From positions 4,186,211-4,250,210 of the forward strand of contig OZ316897.1 in assembly GCA_973895155.1 (NCBI GenBank): a stretch of DNA of 64,000 bases, given 5' to 3'. Under the pieces are notes generated by a model. That model made no database searches. It saw only the letters and a program-made list of their open reading frames with translations, and was not told the DNA's origin. Shown in pieces: positions 54,416 to 64,000 of this stretch; position 1 is the first letter of the stretch; each line of letters starts with the position of its first letter. The position numbers were made by a program, and so were the translations under genes. Source of the DNA: Marsupella aquatica. Taxonomy: Eukaryota; Plantae; Marchantiophyta.

Positions 54416-57400
54416 TTGTCGTACTTTCAACGGTTCAATTTGTCCCAAATGAATTGTCCAAAACCAAAATTCAGGAAATCATTCTCGATGGATTTGCTAA
54501 TTGTAATCTCTTGCTCTCCGCCTGGAGACCTAGTGTCAATCCCTCTCCCAAGTCCTAAGAAACATGATCATATTTCTGAGGAATTTCTTGCCACAAGGTT
54601 TGGAATCCTTGGTGTGAGTATACACAGAATCATGATCTCGGGATCAGATGAGGTTGTTGATGCACATGTCACTGGAGGAGTTCGACACTGGAGATTGTGC
54701 GGTGGTGTGAGGTACGACATTGTTAGTTTAGGGAAATTTGAGGTACCATCCTTGTCGTCAAAGGATATGATGAAAGTAGATTTGATTGACCTTTCAGATA
54801 GTAGTGATGATCAAGACATTTCAAAGATTCCTGTTCCTCAAAACAATGTGAAAATGGAGGAAATGGATGTGTTGATGAAGGGTGCCAATTTGATTGTCTA
54901 CCGGAGGAGTGCGCTTGATACAATTCTGCAATCAAAAGGTCAGAGTGAGATCTCTAGATTCATGCAAAGGAATGATTACACATTTGAGCAAGTAACAAGC
55001 TTGCCTGGAACGTACAATGGGAATGTTGTTTTTGAGTTGCCTCCTATTGTTGGAGTTTGTTCAAAAGGTGAACGTCTCCGAGACATGGATCGGGGAAAAG
55101 ACTGTTACTATTGGACTCGGATTGTCACAACTTCCGCAAATGTTGTCCCCAAAAAGATGTGGGATTTTGGGAAAGTGTTTTGCACCGGTTCTCTAGAATG
55201 TCGTAACAATTCATGTGAGTTATGGATTGAACATGAAAGGAGGAATGTGCGGTTTTGGGGGAAAATTCCTAAGCTTTCCGGTCCGCACGTTGTCGGGCAA
55301 CTCATTCCTGAAGGCGGGATTGTTTGTCATTACTGTTCGGAGCGTCCATTTTGCGTTGAATCATGTCCAGCCATGATGTTCTACATGTACGCATCTTCCA
55401 AAGTTGAAGCGGAATCCGCTAAGCATATGTCACGTCTTGCTATTCACATGGGATTTCATAATCATCCTAGCAAGCAAGTGTTTTCCAGAGAGGCTGAAAA
55501 GGTGGCAAAGATACACTTGGAGAAAGGTTTGAGTTTGAATCCGCGTGCAACTGCTTTGGGTATGAAGAACACAATCACCGGATCTCTTTTTAAAGCGATG
55601 TGTGAGTCATTGGTGAAGGACATGATCCCAATAGAAGAGACAGAGATTTTTGAATCTCTTCAGGTGATCTCAACCCCTCAAAAATTTGTGAATCTTCTCA
55701 GAAGTATCCGTCAAGACTAGAAAGGAAGAGGGGAACTGGAATTTCTGGTTAGCATGCAAAAGAACATTTCCTTCCCTTTTCTTCAAAGGTTCTTGTTGCC
55801 CGGGCAAGGATGCCGAGATGAAAGTGCGCACATTTTCAAAATGTCCATTAAGGGTGAAGGCTCTGGTCTGGATCTTCTTCGAAGGATGACCCCTGGAGGG
55901 CCTCTTGAGGGTGCTTGGGTAAGTTTTGATGTGATGCACTCGGTGATGCATTGAATGACTAAGGATTGGCTTACGTTCAGTGTCCATGTTTATGACCATA
56001 ACTATCGTGCACTTTGCACGATATTCACTTGCGAGTTGCGGGCAGAAGATACAAAATCACTTGAGAGGGCTTGGCGTCTAATGTTGGAGGTAGCGGCTGA
56101 GAATGGTCTTGAGAATGTACACATTCATGGTTTCATGGCGGACAATGCTCAAGCAGGTTGGAATGCTGTCAGGAATGTGTTCTTTGAGGGAATACCGAAT
56201 CCTGAACGTGAACGATCAGATGCGTTTCATTTCTTCCCATCATTTCGGAGACACTCAATCGAAGGCATTCATGAGGGAAAGCAGGGTGAACATCGTGCCC
56301 TTTGGGATAGGTTGCGGAATGCAGAATCATTTATTGAGGCATATTGTATTTCAAGAGAAATTGATGCGTGGTGGAGGGCTGGTAATTGTTACCCTGGGAA
56401 ATTACGAATGTTGCAAGGTTGGATATCTTGGTGGGTGGTCCGATGGCGCCAATGGGGGAACTTTATCAGATTGGTGAGTTTTCTAAACACTTGTTGGTTA
56501 GCGCCTGGCGCTAGTCATACTCGTTCTACTCTACAGGCATTAGTACTATTGAGGGTCTCTAGGCTAGCGCCTGGCGCTACTCATACTGGTTCTACTCTAC
56601 AGCCATTAGTACTATTGAGGGTCTCTAGGCTAGCGCCTGGCGCTACACAAAAAGGTAATACTTGATATCCTGTACGAGCATTCAGGGTTCTATTTTATAT
56701 TTCTTGGCGCTATTGAACTCTCTAAAGTTGTTTCCTACTTTCTACAGAGCAAGAGTGCAGAAGAAGCAGCGATGATTCCAAATTGTGGTGGATCCAAGTC
56801 ATCTCACGCGTTGATGATTGCTTGGCAAACCAAGAAGAAGGTTGGCATCTTTGAAGGGTGTGAAACAGATCAGAACAGGGCGATATCTCAAATTGCCGCC
56901 TATACGGCTTACAAAAGAGGATTGAACAGAGGGAATGGTCCAACTGTGTTTGAGTTGGCTTTCCGATCTGCTGATCTAGCGGGGTCCCCACGGTTGTTTG
57001 AAGAGGCTTTGAACCTTTTCCTTTCCAATGCGGCTGAATTTGATTTGGAAAGGAGTTCACCTTTGAACGAGGATGTTGTTACACGATCAGTAAAGAGGAA
57101 GGGCCATGCTACTGGAAACGTCTGCGCTCAAGACTCCCACAGGCACGATACTGTCCTCATTACAACTCCAAACATCCGAGGTTTCAAGCGAAGAAATCTA
57201 AATAGAACTGAAGTTTCGCCCATTCGATCTGAACCTCTAGTCCAAGATAGTGAAGTCGTCAATCTTACAAAGAGCGATTGTTCCGATAGCCTTAACGAGC
57301 GGACGCCTCCTCCTCCAATGCAAACGAGGTCATCGATGACTCCAATTACTCCCCCAGTATATGTTGTTCAGGAAGAAACCCCGCCTGTGTTAGAGGCCAG

Positions 57401-58253
57401 TGTTTCTTCTGGATCCTGGCATATTCGTCGAACTTCAAAGCATGGAGCCAGACCTGTTTGCAATGGATCCCTTGGCGGACAAGGAGATCATGATGAATGT
57501 CAAAATCGATTAAAGAAGGTAGGTTACCAGACGGCAAGTGGAGTTGTTGGTATTGCAGTTTGAGCAACGCGGCTTTTCAGAGGGGAACCACATCCGGAAC
57601 TGATCTGGTTCTGTCCAAATAATGTTTGTTACAAAAGTCATCCTCGAAAAGGTGTGGTGAACGTTCCTCCCCCTGTCAATCACCTGCCTGTTGCATTGAG
57701 TACAAATCTTTCCGCAGCGGAGGTTGAGTTTTTGAAGGAGAATGGAATATCAATCGGTGGTGTAGGTCATGGTGTAGAAAATGCACCAATTGGACTCGAT
57801 CTCTGCATTGATGTCAATACTTTCCCTGAAAGAATCAATCTAGTTGAGCCGACAATTCGCTGTTTATCTCGAAACGGAAGGACGTGCTTACAGAGAGTGC
57901 ATCGAACTAAGTCGCACTATAAGAAGATTGAAGCAGCTAAGAAAGAGGAGATGAAAGTAATATGTTCCAAGGATGTTGCAATAGGAAATGGATGGGGCAA
58001 ACAATTTTGCGTCCAATCACACATCAATCACCACTCTGTGATTGCCTATTGGGTTCAGATTTGCTGCTTCCCGTGCTGTTCTTGCAAAGATTTTTACCGT
58101 CGTCATGCCCACAGAAAACCTTTCATGCCTTGCAAACATCTGTACTGGATTTATAAAAATGTTCTCAAGCTGGATCTACAAGAATCCACATTGTCAAGTC
58201 AGCCGATACTCACCGTTGGAGAAATACGTGTATTGTTGGAACGGGAAACTTGA
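54416..58253 (+). pseudogene. MULE DDE transposase with GCM/WRKY-like N-terminal zinc region and C-terminal SWIM finger, disrupted
   Basis: CTGSLECRNNSC..CHYC..CPA..HNHP, WVSFDVMH, FMADNAQAGWNAV, AFHF, and SWIM CSCKDF..PCKHLYWIY. Intron 56474-56747. In-frame stops at 55718, 55952 and 57561. True start uncertain (candidate ATG 54767). Confidence 0.9.
56499..56645. repeat. 66-bp tandem repeat in the transposase intron with three perfect TAGCGCCTGGCGCTA palindromes
   Basis: Copies at 56499, 56565 and 56631. Confidence 0.95.
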
Positions 58254-60569
58254 GTGGAAACCGTTGGCTATTGTGTGGTTTACGTTCAACCGTGCTTTAT
58301 TTTCTTTGTTGTTATCCAACGGCATTATCAGATGGACATTTTTTACAATGAGTACGTTACATGTTTTTAATGTGGAGTGTCATCATATGTAGCGCCTGGC
58401 GCTAGTATTATTGACATATTGATTCAGTAATTGTCTAACGAGGGTTTTACACTGCCTTGTTTTTATTAGAGTTGGTTTTCCTATCACACTCGTTATACTC
58501 CACCAGGAGGTTTTTGGGAATCAGTATATTATATGTTTTTAGTTTCTTAAAGTAGAGTGTCATCAATGGTAGCGCCTGGCGCTAGTATTATTGACAGTCG
58601 ATTCAGATCGTGTACTTTTGAGGTTTGGACAATGCCTCGTTTTTGTTAAAGTTTGGTTTCGAACACCGTGATAAGTACTGTGAGTCACTGAAAACATAAA
58701 ATGCAATGGAGGTTTGGGATGGAGTTTTTGTTTGTTTTGCTGGTGACTGTAAATAGGAAGTAAATTTGAAGCAGGTATTTCTTGATGTGAGTAAAAACTT
58801 TGCTCATAACAGTTATATTTTCCTGATATGAGGAAAAATTTTGCTCGTAACAATAAAAAACTCTTGTTTCCTGGCACGGTGTAAACCCTCTTGAGATCAC
58901 ACCGTTGAAATAAAACTTAGCCATGATTTACTGGCCAAAAATGTTTCCTGCCCATAATACATTTTGTAATGGGACAAAGGACAAAAATGGGCAAAATAGT
59001 CTATTATAGTTGTAGATTGTCCTTGTTACTCTCCCGTGGAGACTACAACTCTACAAGAATGCAATTATTATACTCTCATAAAGATATAAAGATAACGTTG
59101 CTATATCAAAGAGGCTGCTATATGGTGAAACACTCTTTTAGTTATCTTGGCTCGTTCAATTTGATTGAAATATATTTTTATGTTAATTTAGCCTAGTTCA
59201 GGTTTTAGCCATGTATTATTTAGAATTTAGTCATTTTTAACAGCCCTTTAAATTTTTTAGTTTCCTTACTTTTTATTAGGTCCATTATATATTTTTTAAC
59301 ATTTTGAGGGGCATATTTTTAACATTTTGAGGGACATATTTCCTTACCTACGTGAAAAGGTTCGACCCTTCATCCAAGCAACTAGTACACTATTCACTGA
59401 TGAGTGCAACTTATATGTCATTGGTCATAGAATTTACATTGTTCATGGTTTATTGATGAACAGGTGTCACCTAAATAAAGAGCCCCACATAGAGCAGAAA
59501 ATTAAAAAAACAAGTTAAATAGTTCACTCTCTTCTCTTTGAATCATAAAGTGTTGTACTTATACAAGTACATTAACTACTTTAATACATTGAAATTAATG
59601 CAAATTTTATTGTACTTTTCTCACTCTTTTTTAAAGGTGTGCAATTTTTTCATTAACTTTTTTATAATCATTCTTTCAATATCTATTTTTCATAAACTAG
59701 GGTTAAAAGTAAAACGTCTCCTCATTTCAATTCTTTCAAATAAGTCAAAATAGGCATGTAGTAGGATGAACATGCTATAATCAAAGATTAAGGAGAAGGT
59801 AGCCAGAAATTGGCATGGAGGAACAAAAGGGGGAGGGCCAAATAAAGGGAAAAAAGAACAAAAATTGAGGAAAAGGATCATGAAAAAGATAGCAAAAAAC
59901 ATAGAATGGGATAAAGTAAGATAAATTTGTATTTTCCTGCCCCCATTTTAAAAAATAAGTATGTATATATTCATGTATTTAAAATATTAATAAAATTTGC
60001 ATCATTTTTTTGGGTGGTCATGCTATGACTCTGTGATGTACTGGCCACTGTCACCCATCTTGCATCTTCATGTTCTCACATTCATCCTCCTCAACAATAA
60101 CACGTTCACAATAATGACCAAAATGATAATATTTTTGCTGTTGAGCATAGACGACATTTGCAACGGCAAACCCATGAACCATCCAACGCACAATAGTCAA
60201 CACAGAGAGATACGTGGTTCACCTCCACATGAGGCTACATCCACGGGAACACACAAGAGCTTTACTGCACTCTAGGCCGACCGGCCATACCAAGCACAAG
60301 CTCTCCCTATCTCTCAACTAGCTCCGTAACAATGAGCCTAAGTTCCACCAGGGTCTGGCATCAGCCCTGGCTATATGCACAGCAACACTACCACTAACAT
60401 TAGCTAAGTCCTAACCCGAGTTAGACTAACTGTGGTTAGCTCATGAGTCACAAGACTAGAGGAATATCTAACATTTGCAACAATGACAAACACCATCAAA
60501 CAATTATGACATTTTTTATGCAACGTCATTTTTGCGGCACATATGGAATGAGTTTGCCTGCATTTGTTT

Positions 60570-61038
60570 GTGTTTCCTCGACAACTTTGCCTCACCTTGA
60601 TATTTTTTTCTTCTTTCAACATATTTTCTTCACCTCAACATCTTCTGTGCAATGCATGGGCATTTTTTGTGTTCTTTATCTCACCACAACATCTTTCCCT
60701 CATCCTCGACATCTTTTCTCTCCTCAACATATTTTCCTCATCTTTACATCTTTCTCTCACCTTGCCATCTTTTCTCTCCTCAACATCTTTTTTTCACTTT
60801 GACTTATGTTCCTCACCTCAACATCTTTTTCTGTCATCGACAACTTTTCCACACCAACATCTTTTCTTTGCCTTTACATGTTTTTCTCTCACCGACAACT
60901 TTTTTCACACCAACATTTTTTCTTCATCTCAACATCTTTTTCTCTCATTGACAACTTTTTTCACACGGACATCTTTTTTTCACTTTGACATTTCTTTCAC
61001 CTCAACATGTTCTGTGCAACGCATAGGCATCAAGCTAG
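60570..61038 (+). mobile_element. Non-autonomous Helitron 3' region with about 19-bp degenerate repeats
   Basis: TTTTTCTCACCTCAACATC-type repeats ending in CTGTGCAACGCATAGGCATCAAGCTAG|T. Confidence 0.7.
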
Positions 61039-61338
61039 TATTTTCTATAATTCTCAAAATTGGATTAAACCACCCTTATATTTCTTCCACAAAATTTTTA
61101 AAGTCTTCCACGCAATTGAACTTAAAAAACCTCTAACTTCTTTGTGCGCGATGGATATGAAGAAAGGGAGTGAGGACCCCGGACACAAGGAGTGCAGCAG
61201 CAGTATACAATCCCAGGAGTCATCATGCAATAATTTGATATGTTTATTAGAGAAGTGCAGCCAAGTTGTTAGTGAAACTAGGACTACTCTTTTGTGTATA
61301 TTGCAAGACTTGGACAGTGAATGCTACCTTCATATCTC

Positions 61339-61544
61339 ACTTTGGTTTTTCATCTTGAGGTTTCATTTGGCTTGGACAGCTGAGATACATTGTATAAATT
61401 AACACATATTAACATATAGAAGCCATGCCAATATAACATGCAAAGATATATTTACATAAAAGGCCAAACAAAGTACAATGAACACGCAAAAGAGGTACAC
61501 AGGTCCCTAACCTCAAATGAAACCTCAAGATGAAAGACCAAAGT
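61339..61544. mobile_element. About 200-bp MITE-like inverted repeat
   Basis: ACTTTGGTTTTTCATCTTGAGGTTTCATTTG and CAAATGAAACCTCAAGATGAAAGACCAAAGT form 31-bp arms with 1 mismatch. No TSD recognised. Confidence 0.6.
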
Positions 61545-61750
61545 TTCTGATAAAGATGAAAAACCTCAAATTATAACCCCTACCCCTAAATTATAAACCT
61601 TAGGGTTTATGGTTCACTTCCACTCCCAATGGCGGGGTCTGGGTCCCTGGGTTCTATGGGGCATTTTTGGGAGTGGGCTTCAGTTCACTCCCACCTGAGA
61701 GAGCCATGGCGAGAATTATGCCCAAACGCTTGAGACTTCTCGTGAAAGTT

Positions 61751-62147
61751 GCCCTATTTAACAACTCGATTCAGGTCGTCGACCCAGAGTAAGACATCTT
61801 GAAATTTGTAGCACTAAAACGATTCGGGTTATAATCAGTTGCGCACCGGAAGTTTCTTCGCAGACTAGACTAAAGCAAGCCCTATTTAACAACTCGATTC
61901 AGGTAGTCGACCCACATTCAGCCAGCTTCAAATTTGTAGCACTCAAAGGGTTCGGGTTATAATCATCTGCAGTTGCGCACCGGAAGTTTCTTCGCAGACT
62001 AGACTGAAGCAAGCCCTATATAGCAACTCGATTCAGGTCGTCGACCCACATCTAGACAGCTTCAAATTTGTAGCACTCAAAGGATTCGGGTTATAATCAT
62101 CTGCAGTTGCGCACCGGAAGTTTCTTCGCAGACTAGACTAAAGCAAA
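61751..62147 (+). repeat. 3 x about 130-bp tandem repeat abutting the LSG1 start codon
   Basis: Units begin GCCCTAT..CAACTCGATTCAGG at about 61751, 61879 and 62013. Confidence 0.93.
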
Positions 62148-62149
62148 GG

Positions 62150-64000
62150 ATGCCTGCGCCGGGATGGAAAAAGAAGACCAAGAGTCCGTCTGGGGTTGGA
62201 TTAACGCTCTTGAACATTAGAAAGGCTGCTCACAAGGCATATATCGATGCGGAAGATAAAGCTAGCAAGGATGTCCTGGAATCCGTTCTAGAAGTCCGGG
62301 ATTTGGATGAGGTGATGGAGCAGGCGGAACTGGCTGGCCGTCTCTTCGCAGCCAATAATCCTCTTCCGGACCTTCTTATTAGCTCGTGAGTTTCTGATCA
62401 CTCTCCTAATGCTTTCCTTTGCAAGGGTGCTTGCTTTCTTCTTCTGCTCTTGGACTTCATTGACATAAAAAGTTGACCTAAATACTTTTCGAATTGTGCA
62501 GGGAGGTCAATCAGGAGAACCTCACTCCTTCAGAACAGAGAGAGCAACGGCATGTCGAGGAAGCCCTTCACAGAGCCAGCCTTGTTGTGCCCAGAAGGTT
62601 CGGCTTGCTAACAGTCCGCACTCCAGTTTCTTTGTCCCCAGACCTTCTTTCATTCATATGATCACACAATTCGACCCGGAGACGTAGGGAATTTCTTATT
62701 TGCGTACTGGGATTGAAAATGATCGCACTCATAAAGGCTAGTTGGATTTGCAGACCTAAATGGATTCCTGGAATGACAGCAGAGGAACTCGATGTTGAGG
62801 AGCGAAAAGCATTTTTGAGCTGGCGTCGAGGACTAGCTCGGTATTGATTCGCACCTTTGCAAGACCTTTCGGGCAAAGTCTGCTTAGTTTAGGGTTTCTC
62901 GACAGCTCTCTTACACTTGTTTTTCACCCTGGTGATATTGATTTTGTCAGGACTTGCGTTGACAGATACCTTTAATGACTGCACTTAAATGAGGGAGATG
63001 ATGTTAGTGCCTCCGCTGAGTCTCTAAGCTGAGTAGGAGGACATGTCACAGCTCTGTAGCTGCTGTTGACGTTCTCTGCTAGGACCCACAGGATTTGATT
63101 TAATGGGTTCCTTGTGTTGAGGCAGGTTAGAAGACAATGAAAAGCTTGTCATTACTCCGTTTGAGAAAAACCTTGACATTTGGAGGCAACTTTGGAGGGT
63201 TCTTGAACGAAGTGATTTGGTAGGATTTGTCTCCATTCGATCTACCCTTGGCCTCCTGGGGGAACATGTGAAATATCTACTGTGGTCAGAACGAACATTC
63301 TTGTATTTTTGGCGTATGCTAGGTAGGTTAGTCAGAATGTCGGTGTAGATAAGTACTGTCAGATTGCCCTTAATGTTCTCATGGGTTCCAGTTTCTCATT
63401 TTCTTCAATCCCTTTTGGTGCAGATTGTTCTGGTAGTAGATGCACGAAATCCCCTATTCTACCGAAGCCCTGATTTGGAGGTAATTGTTTTTTGATGAGC
63501 ATCCATTTTCCTTTCCAGTACGAAATCGTCGTTTCGACTGTAACGTCAGCTGAATTTAGTGCTCAAACCGATGAAGTATGCGATTTGTTTTCTAGTCATA
63601 TTTTGGGGCGTGGTGTCGCGTGGCGTGGCGTTGGCTTCCATTTGTACTTTCCAGGTAGGGGGAGTTATGAAGCATCAGGCCAGAGTTGCTAATCTGTTTA
63701 CTTTCTGGCAAAGTCAACAGGCTTATGTGCGGGAGCTGGATGCAAACAAAAAAGTAACGTTGCTTTTGAACAAAGCAGATTTACTGACAAGCTCTGCAAG
63801 GTATGAAACTACAGATTCACTTCGCAGTGGGCGAAGAAATTCTTCATGGCATCACGAAGTGTTGTTATTTAAACGGTCGCTTGTACCTACTCAAACGATT
63901 CTTAGAAATTTGAATTACATGGATACCCGGACTTACGCATATGTCACCTGTGTTGTACACACGCAGGCAAGAGTGGGCCACATATCTTCAATCGCAAGGA
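62150..64000 (+). CDS. LSG1: Large subunit GTPase 1 (60S ribosome biogenesis), 5' exons; gene continues past the window
   Basis: Exons 62150-62385, 62502-62597, 62754-62840, 63126-63219, 63424-63480, 63721-63800 and 63967 onward give VPRRPKW..ERKAFLSWRRGLARLE..TPFEKNLDIWRQLWRVLERSDLIVLVVDARNPLFYRSPDLE..LLLNKADLL. Confidence 0.96.

Larger units (their letters stand above)
26128..58890. mobile_element. 32.8-kb Mutator-like (MULE) DNA transposon, about 12.6 kb without its nested insert
   Basis: 9-bp TSD TTGAGATCA at 26119-26127 and 58891-58899. Short imperfect TIRs GGGTATAACGACCGTG and CACGGTGTAAACCCTC in the same register as the adjacent MITE. MULE/SWIM transposase near the right end. Confidence 0.92.
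25705..59016 (-). mobile_element. About 200-bp non-autonomous Helitron split apart by the MITE and the giant MULE
   Basis: 5' A|TCTACAACTATAATAG at 59016 on the minus strand. After removing the inserts it runs to CTAG|T at 25705. No clear subterminal hairpin seen. Confidence 0.5.

Noticed and set aside
56474-56665. Repeated RLAPGA peptide at the end of ORF 55955-56665
   Set aside because: Read-through into the GT-AG intron; the peptide is just the translated palindrome repeat.
21002-59016. A 38-kb TIR element bounded by the 70-bp inverted homology at 21002 and 59016
   Set aside because: There is no TSD. Both ends read A|TCTAC.., so they are better explained as 5' ends of two oppositely oriented Helitrons.

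Overview
Eukaryotic, land-plant-type genomic DNA, probably a bryophyte (inferred from GT-AG introns, TTTAGGG repeats, a plastid atpB fragment and plant-type L1/LTR/Helitron elements). It is almost entirely transposon-derived, with one host gene at the right end (LSG1, 62150 to beyond 64000). The centre is a nested structure with boundaries readable from the sequence. A 32.8-kb Mutator-like element (26128-58890, 9-bp TSD TTGAGATCA) contains a 20.1-kb Sola1-like element (28896-49023, 19-bp TIR, 4-bp TSD CAAT). The two unrelated transposons share one design. Each has a transposase gene head-to-head with a large spliced gene encoding a ParB/Srx-like N-terminal domain fused to a divergent beta-class amino-(N6A/N4C) DNA methyltransferase-like domain. 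Each also has its own CG-rich palindrome (TAGCGCC(T/C)GGCGCTA in the MULE, a CCCGCGGG-cored one in the Sola), repeated only in its introns and intergenic DNA. The Sola element also carries two FCP1/NIF phosphatase-like domains. I propose this as a candidate ParB/parS-like self-recognition (possibly anti-silencing) module of plant DNA transposons; the function is inference. These copies are pseudogenised by stops and frameshifts. Domain calls are by eye from motifs, and no database search was run.
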